Shown: positions 22,256 to 31,817 of the stretch, in pieces | How the letters are laid out: each line of letters opens with the position of its first letter | Position numbering within the stretch: the first letter of the stretch is position 1 | Source of the DNA: a virus | IMG/VR virus record: IMGVR_UViG_3300033564_000224 | Strand: one strand, 5' to 3' | DNA length: 39,764 nt | Program-made: the position numbers and the translations under genes | The notes under the pieces: model-generated | The model's database searches: none | Seen by the model: only the letters and a program-made list of their open reading frames with translations | What the model was told of the DNA's origin: nothing

Positions 22256-23158
22256 CTAATTGATCTTCTTGACATTATGCGCAGACATGTACTCTTTCAC
22301 CGTCATTTGCGCCCGATCTCGTTCCAACCGCGCTATCCTCTGCATATCCGCATCCGACAACTCAGCCTCGACAACCTTAGAAACCTTAGAAACCTCAGAA
22401 ACCTCAACAACTTTAGAAACCTCAGCAACCTCAGCAACCTTACCAACCTCACTCACCACCGGCGCTCTCACCGCCACCGGCACATCCACCGCCTCACCGC
22501 CGCCCAGCGCAATCCCAAACTGCCGCGCCACCAACGCCGGATTCCACGGCTCGATCCACTGCCCCGGCTGATTTCCAAACGCCTCAGTTGCAATCAACCG
22601 GTTGATCAAAATTCGGTGAAACGCCTGGTACTGCTCACGATCCGTAATCACCTTATCCGGGTCAAAATGGCACGCGCCCTCATTGAAACTATTCGCCGGA
22701 TACATGGCATACTGCGAAGAGTGCTCTAGCAAGTACTCCACAAACTCCACCCGCACCCTCGGGTCAGCATCCAGCACCCAATCCACCAGATCACCCAACT
22801 TCGCTTCAGTGACCCGCCATTTGGTTTTTCTTTGCATCAGCAACAGCTTCACCGCCTCCGGGTGCATCGTCCGCGCAAACTCAAACAATCGAGTTTCAGG
22901 AGTCGTAGTAACCGCATTGCGCTTATCGATGTAATCCTGCACATCCAAATGCCGATAATACGCACCAAACGCCGCCCAAGCCTGAATCCCCAAAATGGGC
23001 ATCATCCCGATCACGAGGAAGTTGCACCAGCCCAGCCACAGCCAGGTATTGCGCTCAGAGATCATATTCACCCACGCCCCCAGCGGAACCATCGCCAGCA
23101 TCACAATCGCAGGCACCAGCCACTTCCATACTCTCGGTTCGCTAATCATCCCAATCAC
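22256..23158 (-). CDS. membrane protein with C-terminal (V-x-E/K)n repeat (300 aa)
   Basis: Two or three N-terminal hydrophobic helices. EVGKVAEVAEVSKVVEVSEVSKVSKVVE is encoded by 9-bp tandem repeats. Confidence 0.55.
   Translation of the reverse strand: MIGMISEPRVWKWLVPAIVMLAMVPLGAWVNMISERNTWLWLGWCNFLVIGMMPILGIQAWAAFGAYYRHLDVQDYIDKRNAVTTTPETRLFEFARTMHPEAVKLLLMQRKTKWRVTEAKLGDLVDWVLDADPRVRVEFVEYLLEHSSQYAMYPANSFNEGACHFDPDKVITDREQYQAFHRILINRLIATEAFGNQPGQWIEPWNPALVARQFGIALGGGEAVDVPVAVRAPVVSEVGKVAEVAEVSKVVEVSEVSKVSKVVEAELSDADMQRIARLERDRAQMTVKEYMSAHNVKKIN
22371..22451. repeat. nine tandem copies of a 9-bp unit (consensus gaaacctca) inside a CDS
   Basis: acaacctta gaaacctta gaaacctca gaaacctca acaacttta gaaacctca gcaacctca gcaacctta ccaacctca. 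Confidence 0.85.
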
Positions 23159-23333
23159 CTCGCATCGTCTTTTTCAAAAGTTTCTTCTTTTCTTTCTCAC
23201 TCATAAAACTGAGCGAAAGCCGAAACGAATGCCACAGGTACCAAACGCACGCCGTAAGAAAAAAACCGACAAAGATCACACCGCTCGCACCCAGCACCCG
23301 CAGCGCAAAATCCAACCATTGAAAGAAAGTCAT
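23142..23333 (-). CDS. small membrane protein (63 aa)
   Basis: Hydrophobic core LGASGVIFVGFFLTACVWYLW, overlapping both neighbouring genes. Confidence 0.45.
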   Translation of the reverse strand: MTFFQWLDFALRVLGASGVIFVGFFLTACVWYLWHSFRLSLSFMSEKEKKKLLKKTMRGDWDD

Positions 23334-23797
23334 TGCATCGCCCTCCCCATCATCGCGTTACGGAAGTGAAGCATCTCGCAGATCGCAAAGTGAATTTCTT
23401 CCTTTGTCAATTCGCGCGCGCTACGGATGGCGATCTGCATGGCAACATCGTATTCAACGAACATATCGCGCAGCCGCCAATGATCTGCCCGCATCATCAA
23501 CCCCCACATTTCATAATATTTTTTCAGATCCATTCGCGCACACAAAATCACCGTAGGGTCAGCCCGCATAAATGGAGTCACATCAAAAGACGCCACACTA
23601 CCCAGCCGAAAGCGGGGGCGTGCCCTCTCAAATCCCAACCCATCCACCAAACGCGCGATCAACGCAGGCATAACATCCTGCTCATACGCCGTGAGCTGGA
23701 ACTTCTCAGGCTGAAACTCCAATTGCATCGTCTCAAACGTCCGAGACATCATCACCAACTGGGCAATCGGCAATAATCCAAAAGTTGTGTACATCAT
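23330..23797 (-). CDS. hypothetical protein (155 aa)
   Basis: ORF track, with ATGA-type overlaps on both neighbours. Confidence 0.5.
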   Translation of the reverse strand: MMYTTFGLLPIAQLVMMSRTFETMQLEFQPEKFQLTAYEQDVMPALIARLVDGLGFERARPRFRLGSVASFDVTPFMRADPTVILCARMDLKKYYEMWGLMMRADHWRLRDMFVEYDVAMQIAIRSARELTKEEIHFAICEMLHFRNAMMGRAMQ

Positions 23798-24156
23798 CTT
23801 GCGCCATCCTTTCCAAGTCTAAATTCGTACAATCTACCTTGACCATCTTTCAACACCGTCCCCGGCGTGAAAGTCAAATCTTTCACCATCAATTCCCAAT
23901 AATCTTTCGGGAACGAAGTCCCTGGCTTGAACCCGCCGCACTCCAACGGATCACTCACCACAGACAAACTACCCACGCCTCGGGCAAGTGCCCGCTCGAT
24001 GGGCGCCGCATAGTTTTTTGCCTTCGCGCGGCTTTTATGCAACCGCGCCAACTGCGCCTCACGATCACATTTGCCATTTCTACAAACGCCGTTGCTCACC
24101 TTTTTATTGCCAACGTAGCTATTACCGCAAATAGAACAAATATTCACGTAACTCAT
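23794..24156 (-). CDS. hypothetical zinc-ribbon protein (120 aa, start re-assigned)
   Basis: ATG at 24156 after AAGGAG. CSICGNS...CRNGKC. Confidence 0.5.
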   Translation of the reverse strand: MSYVNICSICGNSYVGNKKVSNGVCRNGKCDREAQLARLHKSRAKAKNYAAPIERALARGVGSLSVVSDPLECGGFKPGTSFPKDYWELMVKDLTFTPGTVLKDGQGRLYEFRLGKDGAR

Positions 24157-24401
24157 AAGGTCTGCTCCTTTCCACAAACTCGGCACCTGCCAAGTTTGAA
24201 ATCCAAACCGTCATGTTGCCCCATCCACACATCCCACAAACCCGTAATAAAGCACTTCACACAACGCCGCTCTTCCACACCCACCGCCACCGTCACAAAC
24301 TCATTCGCCGGAGCATGTACAGCAACCTCACGCCGCACGATTGCCATAAACTGCTGAACTAAGACCGAAGTACCTTTTACTGAAATCAATTTGTCTGACA
24401 T
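24153..24401 (-). CDS. hypothetical protein (82 aa)
   Basis: ORF track. First gene after the AT-rich iteron region. C-terminal CxxC. Confidence 0.45.
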   Translation of the reverse strand: MSDKLISVKGTSVLVQQFMAIVRREVAVHAPANEFVTVAVGVEERRCVKCFITGLWDVWMGQHDGLDFKLGRCRVCGKEQTL

Positions 24402-24418
24402 ATCTGCACCTTTCTCTA

Positions 24419-24735
24419 ATTTATGAAGGTTTATGAAGAACGCCTAAAAAGCAAGTTCATAAAAACAACCATTACAAAACTAGACTTACAAAAATTTTGC
24501 ATAAATACCCCTTCTTCATAAACATTCATAATGTTCATAAAATAGGTGTATGTATGTGTAGGTTTAGTAAAAAACTTACCGCCCATAATTCGCATAGTTG
24601 AATTTATGAACATTATGAAGGAAAATGAACATGAAAACGCACTTTGAGCACAGTAAAAGAAAAAAAATACATGTTTTTTTTCTGGAAGTGCCCAGTACCC
24701 CCTAAAATGCTTCATGATGTTCATGATGTTCATAA
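24419..24735. repeat. AT-rich iteron cluster (TTATGAA/TTCATAA), candidate replication origin
   Basis: Perfect heptamers start at 24421, 24431, 24456, 24515, 24525, 24534, 24604 and 24613. TTCATGA/TTCATAA tandems lie at 24707-24734. The cluster lies immediately 3' of the primase-helicase gene. Confidence 0.55.
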
Positions 24736-27700
24736 ACGGGTTTCCCATTCGCCGCTATCCTCATTGAAATACATTGCGTCATCACTCGGTTTTATAAAAT
24801 CCTCTTGCACCGGCACAGGCATTTTTACCGGCTCCACTACAGCCAGAGCTTCATCCAGTTCAGATTTCGGGTTATATTCCGCTTCACGGTCAAGCCCCAG
24901 CCTCAATTTCGCCACCTCTAAACGTTCACGATGCAGAATCACAGCCCACCCATCCCCTGTTCTCTCAACTGGCAGGCGGAATGAATCGCGACAAACATCT
25001 CCAATTGTTTTACTTTTCACCCCTTGTTTTTTCTTATCGTCTGCGCCATCCGCAAAATTTTCAACGTCAAAGATTTCATTGGCTATTGCAGCTACGTCTT
25101 TATACAGGATATAGCGCACAGTCCCATGTCTTCCCACCTTCCCCACCTTCACCTTATCCCCATAACCCTTCACTTTTTCGGCATAGGTCTTGCTTGCCTG
25201 TGGCTCAAATCCGAGTTTCACGTCTCCGGCAATATCAGCCGCCAAAGTAGCCCGCAAAATTACCGCCTCAAACGAACCTGCACGCTTGATCATTTCATCT
25301 TCATAGTTTGCGCGTCCGATTTTCATCAGGTCATCCAACAGTTGTTGATCGTTCTGCAAAACTGCCAGTACCTTCATCGGGCGCAGCACCTGGTTCACTC
25401 GCGGCGAAACCAGTGGGTCTGCAAGATGGAATGCCTGCCGCTGTTCTGGTGATAGTTCGATCTTCGGCATCCACATTTGAAGCCGCCAGCGCAGGCACAT
25501 ATTCCGAATACTGTCCGCGTCCTCTTCCAGTTCTGGCGGGTAATAGCCTGGTTCCATTCCTGCTCGGTCAAGTGTCAAGGTGTCCACTTGCGAAAGATCA
25601 AACGTAATACAGCGGTTTTCAATGCCAGGGTCAGCAAACGATTTGTACATGGTGATAAAAGTTACGCCATAAACATTGGAGGTCGATGGAACAAATACTT
25701 TCCCGGTGGGTGTCATCATCTCCATCATGTTCAACGAATTTGCATAGCGTTTCATTGAACGCCCCTTCAAAAACGCCTCCATTGTGCCGTCGTCTTTTTT
25801 CATCAGGTTGTCCGCTTCATCAATCATGACTGAGGCGTTATACAATTTTGCCAGCCCCTTATACGAGGCGGATGATGATGTTGAAAGCGTCACCGCAAAC
25901 CGGTAGCTGGTTAGTCCAACTAAATACATCAAATCCGACTTACCCGATCCACTGCCACCGCGCGCCCGCAGAAAATTCAGCGCCTCGAACGAATCAAAAA
26001 CCCAACTAAACAGCGAATACGCCCCGCAGAATTTATAGCGGCTCTTTTCTTCCAAATAAAAATACTTCTCATAATATTCAGCGTTCCGGTTGATCAACTC
26101 GCGCGAGTTCTTCAGCGGACCTAACGCGCTGGGGAGTTTCACTACGCACACCTCAATCAATTCGTCATATTCCGGTGGCTCAAGTTTCTTGCCACCCACT
26201 ACCAAAAACGGCGCAGTATCAATTTCGCGCTCCCCGTTTTTCATGTCCGTAATATGAGCATAGGCAAAACGTATTTTCTTATTTACCTTGTCATAGATCA
26301 GATCAATCAAATAACCGCTGTTCTCGGCTTTATCTTCTGGATACCACCCGCCATAAGTGGTGACAACTTCGAGTTCATCATCGTCGTCATCTTCATTTTT
26401 CGCCGCCTTCATCTCTCCACCCAGCCAACGGCTATAAGCCAGCGTTCTTTCAGCCTTTCCCAAACTTGGATAAAAAGCCTCAGCAAGCGCAGCCGTATAG
26501 TTGACGCGGCTTCCATTGGGCATTGCCAAAACCAGCGGACGCACAACCTGATTCAGCGCCTGTTCCTTGAACTTCCCTTCCTGCGCACCCGCATACCGCG
26601 CCGCCAACAGGACAATCGGCTCGGCTTTTGCGATAATATCCTTCACAAAAGGTTTGCGCTTATCATCCTCAATTTTGTTATCCATGAAATATTGAGCAAT
26701 GTCATTTGTATCTTTCAGCCGCTTCGTATGTCCATCTGGACGCACCCACTCAATCGCAGGCGTGCGTTCCACCCACAGCATCGAACCGAAAGCAGTAGAT
26801 AGAGGAAAATCATTCTTGCTGCCGCACACAACGGTTTCGCCGGGAACATCCGCATCAACTGTATAAGCAATTTCTTCGTACTCTTCTTTCAATCGGTCAA
26901 TAATTCCGCTCTCGATCAGGTATTGCCATGACGAGCCGCACATAGCCATTGCCGCATCGCCAAACTGCCCCCACGTCACCGCATCGCCCTGCCCCTCAAC
27001 GATGTGGATCAGATCGCCCTTCGCCTGTCCCACAACATGATGCGCCCGATGCCGCCAGTTGAAATATGGTCTGCGAGGTCCCGCCAGTGTGGAATTCGGA
27101 TTGTGAGATTTGCGCTCCGCATCGAAACCCGGCAGTAGTCTCGCCGAAATATATTCAATCTTCCCGTCAAGTTTATGCGCGTACACTAACCCCGGTTTGC
27201 TCATCATCCCTTGCACGTAGTTATCAGCTAATCCCTTCGGGTCAATCTGGTGCTCAAGCGCCCACTTCTCAACATCGCCCTGGAACCCCAATATCATCAC
27301 AGCGTCAGGAGACAGCAGGTCAATCCCGTGCATCGTGAATTCGCCGCGCATTTCCTTGTACGCCTCAGCAGTAGCACGCCCAGAAAAACCTATGCCCGCC
27401 AGCTTGATAGTTTCCAACGTCCAACCGCGGTCAAGCGCATACGCCAACGCATCCTTATCAGGCGCACGGGTAACTGTTCCATCTTTCTCAGCCGTGCCCA
27501 ATAGCCAACGCTTGAACACACCCTGCGCCACACGCAACGCAGATTCGTGCGCACGCGCCGAAATTCTCTGCCCCAAATTTTCCTTATCACCCTGCAAAGC
27601 AATTCCCGCCTTGCCAGCCAATTCTTTTATTGCCTCTTTCAGATCATAGCCAGGGTTTTTCTTGATCACCCAATCGAATATATCTCCGCCATCATTGCAT

Positions 27701-27882
27701 GTTCCAAAGCATTTCCACGTGCCAGTCCCAGCGAACACCACCAAACTGGGCGTATGCGTATTGGTATGAAATGGACAAAACCCAGTGTAGTTAGCTCCGC
27801 TTTTGCGCAGCTTCACTGTTCCCGTTTCTGCCACCAAATCCTCGATAGCGATTTTCTCTTTGATCTCATCAATGACTGTCAT
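24730..27882 (-). CDS. primase-helicase fusion: CHC2 zinc finger, TOPRIM and P-loop NTPase (1050 aa, start re-assigned)
   Basis: CPFHTNTHTPSLVV...WKCFGTCNDGGDIFDW (DnaG-type zinc finger), IVEGQGDAVTW (TOPRIM), GGSGSGKSD (Walker A), VMIDEADN (Walker B). ATG at 27882 after GGAGAG. Confidence 0.8.
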   Translation of the reverse strand: MTVIDEIKEKIAIEDLVAETGTVKLRKSGANYTGFCPFHTNTHTPSLVVFAGTGTWKCFGTCNDGGDIFDWVIKKNPGYDLKEAIKELAGKAGIALQGDKENLGQRISARAHESALRVAQGVFKRWLLGTAEKDGTVTRAPDKDALAYALDRGWTLETIKLAGIGFSGRATAEAYKEMRGEFTMHGIDLLSPDAVMILGFQGDVEKWALEHQIDPKGLADNYVQGMMSKPGLVYAHKLDGKIEYISARLLPGFDAERKSHNPNSTLAGPRRPYFNWRHRAHHVVGQAKGDLIHIVEGQGDAVTWGQFGDAAMAMCGSSWQYLIESGIIDRLKEEYEEIAYTVDADVPGETVVCGSKNDFPLSTAFGSMLWVERTPAIEWVRPDGHTKRLKDTNDIAQYFMDNKIEDDKRKPFVKDIIAKAEPIVLLAARYAGAQEGKFKEQALNQVVRPLVLAMPNGSRVNYTAALAEAFYPSLGKAERTLAYSRWLGGEMKAAKNEDDDDDELEVVTTYGGWYPEDKAENSGYLIDLIYDKVNKKIRFAYAHITDMKNGEREIDTAPFLVVGGKKLEPPEYDELIEVCVVKLPSALGPLKNSRELINRNAEYYEKYFYLEEKSRYKFCGAYSLFSWVFDSFEALNFLRARGGSGSGKSDLMYLVGLTSYRFAVTLSTSSSASYKGLAKLYNASVMIDEADNLMKKDDGTMEAFLKGRSMKRYANSLNMMEMMTPTGKVFVPSTSNVYGVTFITMYKSFADPGIENRCITFDLSQVDTLTLDRAGMEPGYYPPELEEDADSIRNMCLRWRLQMWMPKIELSPEQRQAFHLADPLVSPRVNQVLRPMKVLAVLQNDQQLLDDLMKIGRANYEDEMIKRAGSFEAVILRATLAADIAGDVKLGFEPQASKTYAEKVKGYGDKVKVGKVGRHGTVRYILYKDVAAIANEIFDVENFADGADDKKKQGVKSKTIGDVCRDSFRLPVERTGDGWAVILHRERLEVAKLRLGLDREAEYNPKSELDEALAVVEPVKMPVPVQEDFIKPSDDAMYFNEDSGEWETRL

Positions 27883-28230
27883 AAAACTCTCCAGCGTTTT
27901 TCCAGAATTTTTATAAATATTCGAGCTTGCCCGCCCCAAGCCTCTCCGCACAAACAAAACAATTCGCCGAGCACCCCCACCCCCCTCCCTTACCACCTTA
28001 TGCGACAGATAATCATCGCCTTACAGACCAATCTAACCGCTATGTATGCCCGCTATCAGGCTGTTTATGTCGCATAATGCGTGTTCTACGACACATCCAA
28101 TCGTTTCTGGGAGTGCGCCCGCCCGTGCCAGCCCACGCATAATATGGAAGTGAACTTTGGGACTTTTTCTTCTACTGCTTATATTGTTGAGCGCGCGCGG
28201 GCGAACACACCTGAGAAACATTGCGACCTG

Positions 28231-29169
28231 CTAGACTTCGACGGCTGACTGCAATTCGTCAAACGATGAACGCAGGTATTTGCGGGTTGTCTCTATGCTG
28301 TTGTGACCTAGCAGGTCACGGATGATCTCAATCGGACGCCCGGCACGCTCGAGAGTTTTGGCGAAGGTGAAGCGCAGCCAATGTGGACTCATATCGGGGA
28401 TGCCGATTTGAGCGCCGGTGTAGGTGACGATGCGCTCGATCTGACGGGTTGAGAGGCGCGGCGAGTTTTTGCCTCTAAACAATGCAGTAGCAGCAGAAGT
28501 TCCGCATAGTTCACTTATGGCATTTCGCGCTTCGATGGAGAGGGGAACGATGCGCTCTTTGTTGCCTTTGCCATTACGGACGCGGACTGAGCCACTGCGC
28601 TCGTTGATTACGATGTCTGATAAATCAAGGGCTGCTACTTCTGCGACGCGCAGTCCTGAGCGAACCATGAGGGTGATGAGTGCCTGGGCACGTTTGGCTG
28701 TTGTGTTTTCAAAGAGGGTAGCTGCGCCGCGGACGTTGCGCTCGATCTGTTGCATGAGGTCGTGGATCTCTTTCTCGGAGAGGGAGCGATATGCCGAGGG
28801 ACGAATCCCCTGCTCTTTGTTTTTTAGACCCACTGTCAGATTAGTGTAGGATGCGCCGCAGGTGGTCTCTATCCAATTGCAAAATATCTGCAATGCCCAG
28901 AGGCGTGAGTTCCATGTGTTGGGAGCGACGCGCACTACATCGAGCGAGTATTTTTGATATTGGCGTAGGGCATAGTTGGTGATGACATCAGGCGTGAATG
29001 GCTGGTTGAAGGTGTCCTCGAACCATTTGGTGAAGACGTTGATGTGCTGATTGGCGGTGCTGATGGTGGCGCTGGCTGTGTAGGTTTCTTGCAGATGCGC
29101 GGTGAAGGCATCTTGCCAGGTGGTGAGACGGGTGAGGGTCAGAGGTTGCGCGGTTTGAAGGTTATTCAT
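28231..29169 (-). CDS. Xer/phage-integrase family tyrosine recombinase (not IntI-type)
   Basis: SGLRVAEVAAL, HWLRFTFA and LLGHNSIETTRKY supply the R...HxxR...H...Y catalytic set. ATG at 29169 is coupled (ATGA) to the upstream gene; an alternative start lies at 29184. Confidence 0.8.
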   Translation of the reverse strand: MNNLQTAQPLTLTRLTTWQDAFTAHLQETYTASATISTANQHINVFTKWFEDTFNQPFTPDVITNYALRQYQKYSLDVVRVAPNTWNSRLWALQIFCNWIETTCGASYTNLTVGLKNKEQGIRPSAYRSLSEKEIHDLMQQIERNVRGAATLFENTTAKRAQALITLMVRSGLRVAEVAALDLSDIVINERSGSVRVRNGKGNKERIVPLSIEARNAISELCGTSAATALFRGKNSPRLSTRQIERIVTYTGAQIGIPDMSPHWLRFTFAKTLERAGRPIEIIRDLLGHNSIETTRKYLRSSFDELQSAVEV

Positions 29170-29612
29170 TTTGAGCCGCTCCATATCCCAGAAGTATCAT
29201 TGTTCATACTGTCAAGAATATCGGCGATGCGTTTGAGTTGAGCGGCTTGCAATAGTGTGGCGCGGATTTGTGTCTGCATGAGTTCGATCTTTACCTGTTC
29301 CGATAACTCGCCAATCTGTGCGACATAGCGGTCTTGGCTTGATACCATGCGTTCAATTTCATTCCATGTGTTGATAGCCGAAACAATATCGGCATCTATT
29401 ACGCCGGTTTGTTCGCGGACGAGTGCGGCGTGCGCGTTTTTGAGATCCTGTTGTTTCGCGCTCCACTGAGCCTCGGTCTGCCTGCGGAAGTTGAGAAGTT
29501 CTTCGGCGTGCGCGCCAAAACCTTCGGCGTCTTCAAGATCAAAGCAGGGGTCATACAACCAAGCGGCTTTCAGCTTTTCAATTTCTGAGGGTGTTCTTTT
29601 TTTATCGGTCAT
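29166..29612 (-). CDS. hypothetical protein (148 aa)
   Basis: ORF track. No family recognised. Confidence 0.5.
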   Translation of the reverse strand: MTDKKRTPSEIEKLKAAWLYDPCFDLEDAEGFGAHAEELLNFRRQTEAQWSAKQQDLKNAHAALVREQTGVIDADIVSAINTWNEIERMVSSQDRYVAQIGELSEQVKIELMQTQIRATLLQAAQLKRIADILDSMNNDTSGIWSGSK

Positions 29613-29697
29613 CGTGGATTTCCTTATTGATTGATTTGTCTGCGAGATGGGCGAGGAGGGCGAGGGCGAGTATGAAGAGTGCTTCGGGGATGGTCAT
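29602..29697 (-). CDS. possible 31-aa hydrophobic peptide
   Basis: MTIPEALFILALALLAHLADKSINKEIHDDR. ATGA overlap with the upstream stop, and it overlaps the next start. Confidence 0.25.
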   Translation of the reverse strand: MTIPEALFILALALLAHLADKSINKEIHDDR

Positions 29698-29909
29698 TGC
29701 GCGCCGTGGATGGGACATTTGCGGTCATCGCCGTCACGTTCGAGGCAGATGCAATACAGACCGGATGCGGTGCGCTGTTCGTCGAAGGCGAACCCGCCCA
29801 AGCCGCGGACTATGTTGGCGCATTTGTCGCATTTATCGCCCTGGCTGGTGGTGATGGCATTGATGCCGAGGGTGCATTCACGTTCACATTCAGTACATTT
29901 TGTTTTCAT
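29694..29909 (-). CDS. small Cys-rich (zinc-ribbon-like) protein (71 aa)
   Basis: CTECERECT...CDKC...CICLERDGDDRKCPIH. SD AGGAG. Confidence 0.5.
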   Translation of the reverse strand: MKTKCTECERECTLGINAITTSQGDKCDKCANIVRGLGGFAFDEQRTASGLYCICLERDGDDRKCPIHGAQ

Positions 29910-30140
29910 GGGTAGCTCCTATTTGATTTGATGTTCCTTCGGGGGAGTGGCCTTGCGTCCGCTCCCCGTCATAAGGAGGAGAACACTGCGGGTCATCACG
30001 CCGCAAGTTGAGCGATTAGGATTGAACCTGTTATAGATTGCGCCCTGTGCGCGGATCGCTCAATTTGATAAACGGGCGGGCATGGTCAGTTGCCATGTCA
30101 TCATTCGCTCGCGGATTTCTCTCCGCCGCCCGTGTTATTT

Positions 30141-30653
30141 CTATTCGCCTTCGCTTGATTTTGCTTCTATAAGGTGACGAAGGGATTTTGATACGTTGAG
30201 GGCAATGATGGGAATGAGTTCATATTTTTTGTCTGTCATCACCTGCCCGAGTTTGTGCTCTGCGGCGAGAAGTTCATCTATTGCATCTGCGATGAGCCTG
30301 CCTGCCACATAAGGGAGAGGCTTTCTGCGCGGCGCTTTCTTGGCTTCGGTGGCGACGTGTTCACGGTGATTGATGGCGCGGTAGACATCACCCAGGATCA
30401 TGGCGGTGCCGGATGCGGTGAGGGCGACCAGTACGATCAGCGCGGCTTTCCACGAGAAAACCGCGACCACTGCCAGAGTAATAAGATTGCCGATTGCAAC
30501 GAGGATAGCGAGGTAGCCTTCTTTCTTTTCTCCGAGCGCAGCCATCCAGTGGTTGTAGAGGACTGAGAAGACTGCCAATAATAGGAATGCTCCAATTGCG
30601 AGCGGGATAATGGCTTGCATTTCTGTTACATATTCATTCAGAAAATTGCCCAT
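30141..30653 (-). CDS. multi-pass membrane protein (start re-assigned)
   Basis: Three or four hydrophobic helices. ATG at 30653 after AAGGTGA; the tracked start is GTG. Confidence 0.5.
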   Translation of the reverse strand: MGNFLNEYVTEMQAIIPLAIGAFLLLAVFSVLYNHWMAALGEKKEGYLAILVAIGNLITLAVVAVFSWKAALIVLVALTASGTAMILGDVYRAINHREHVATEAKKAPRRKPLPYVAGRLIADAIDELLAAEHKLGQVMTDKKYELIPIIALNVSKSLRHLIEAKSSEGE

Positions 30654-30873
30654 ATTCGTTTTCACCTTTGTTTTTTGCTATGATTGAATCAATGGAGCAC
30701 GCCACTGCTTCTGTCTGACTGACCGTTTCCAACTCCGCAGCGGGGACGGTCAGTACTTTTGTATTTTCTTCGGCGAACATAATTTCAGAAAAATAAACGA
30801 TTGCCGCCCAGTACGCCTCTTCTTTTTCGGGAGGCAGGGGCACAAAGATAAATGTGAGTTCAGTTGTCCACAT
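30634..30873 (-). CDS. hypothetical protein (79 aa)
   Basis: ORF track. Confidence 0.4.
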   Translation of the reverse strand: MWTTELTFIFVPLPPEKEEAYWAAIVYFSEIMFAEENTKVLTVPAAELETVSQTEAVACSIDSIIAKNKGENEYGQFSE

Positions 30874-30879
30874 CCATAT

Positions 30880-31176
30880 CTATTTCGTTATCGGGAGATT
30901 GAATACAACCATGCCGCTTTCAAAAACTTCGGGAAGTTTTGCTTTGAGACAGGACATTGCCCATGATCTGCGCCAATCCTCGTAGACGACTGCACAGACC
31001 AAAAGAAAATCCGTGCTGGGTGACGATTTGGAGTTACACCAATTCGTGACCGAGACACGGCTGATATTTGTATTGACCAGGCTGGATGTGATCTGCGCGG
31101 CGAATTTCTCCTGCGTGAGATCGTAGCTGTCCATGTAGTTTTTCATTACATCTTTGATGGTACCTTCTTCTTGCAT
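30880..31176 (-). CDS. Cro-like XRE-family HTH regulator, first gene of the minus-strand early operon
   Basis: LTQEKFAAQITSSLVNTNISRVSVTNWCNSKSSPS is an HTH pattern. It is divergent from the plus-strand HTH gene. Confidence 0.6.
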   Translation of the reverse strand: MQEEGTIKDVMKNYMDSYDLTQEKFAAQITSSLVNTNISRVSVTNWCNSKSSPSTDFLLVCAVVYEDWRRSWAMSCLKAKLPEVFESGMVVFNLPITK

Positions 31177-31206
31177 GATGCTCTCCTTCGTGCTTTTTGT
31201 TATTTC

Positions 31207-31253
31207 TATGTAACTTCTGTTACATATTACACCAACACGCGCAAATATGTCAA
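31207..31253 (-). promoter_or_regulatory. immunity switch: palindromic operator overlapping an early (minus-strand) promoter
   Basis: TATGTAAC ttct GTTACATA (31207-31226). Minus-strand promoter: TTGACA (31253-31248), an 18-nt spacer, then TAATAT (31229-31224). A further half-site CTTACATA lies at 31258-31265. Confidence 0.55.
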
Positions 31254-31265
31254 GGGTCTTACATA

Positions 31266-31670
31266 ATGATATATACTAGCAAAATGACAACGCTTCCTGA
31301 TTATCTGACACAGAAGTTTTTAGAGTGGCAGGCTTCTGAGGGGCAAAGAAAGACGCTTGAAGATTTCGCCATCTACATTGGCGTGACCCGTCCCATAGTT
31401 TCATATTGGATGAACGGGAAACGCACGCCCAATATGGAGCATTGCGAAAAAATATCATTGAGGTTTGGGAATGAGATTTATGACGTACTTGGCATTGCCC
31501 GCCCTGATATTTATTTACAACGAATCAATCGTATCTGGAACGAACTATCTCCAGAAATTCAAAAACGCATTGCAGACGAAGCCGAAGGTTATAGAGTAGA
31601 AAATGAAACCAAACCCGAAAAGCTGCCAATTGCCAGACCTAAAAAGAAACGATCAGGAAAGACTAAATAG
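31266..31670 (+). CDS. CI-like XRE-family HTH repressor (start uncertain; 31284 is an alternative)
   Basis: TLEDFAIYIGVTRPIVSYWMNGKRTP is an HTH pattern. It heads the only plus-strand operon, which ends in the integrase. Confidence 0.6.
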   Translation: MIYTSKMTTLPDYLTQKFLEWQASEGQRKTLEDFAIYIGVTRPIVSYWMNGKRTPNMEHCEKISLRFGNEIYDVLGIARPDIYLQRINRIWNELSPEIQKRIADEAEGYRVENETKPEKLPIARPKKKRSGKTK

Positions 31671-31817
31671 CTGTTGGTTGTTTCTAACCCACTCACAAAG
31701 ATCAGCTCTTTTGATCCGTGCGACACGCTCCGCACTAAACACTGGAAAATCAAAAAAAAACGCAGCAATATACCTGGATTCGCTCCCCTTCCAGATAGCT
31801 CCTGTCAGGATAATGCA

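Noticed and set aside
24431-24748. 105-aa minus-strand ORF in the AT-rich region
   Set aside because: The low-complexity F/M/N/I-rich translation is produced by the TTCATAA iterons, and there is no SD. The region was treated as non-coding.
27997-28230. 10-bp inverted repeat ttatgcgaca/tgtcgcataa (about 28008-28077) as the attP of the tyrosine recombinase
   Set aside because: The location next to the recombinase gene is plausible, but nothing in the sequence alone separates it from an operator or a chance repeat. No host attB is available.
28231-29169. The full-length tyrosine recombinase as the integron integrase for the array
   Set aside because: Only ~55 aa separate the GKGNKER strand from the HWLR motif. 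That leaves no room for the extra IntI-specific segment, and the C-terminus lacks the VRSPLD-type ending. It looks like a generic Xer/phage integrase and lies 9 kb from the array.
29910-30140. Possible tRNA or other small RNA gene in the 230-bp gap (several hairpins, GGATTGAACC)
   Set aside because: No cloverleaf could be drawn: there are no acceptor or T-arm pairings at the correct spacing. The hairpins look like a terminator (ACGGGCGG...CCGCCCGT plus T-run) and a 9-bp inverted repeat of unknown role.
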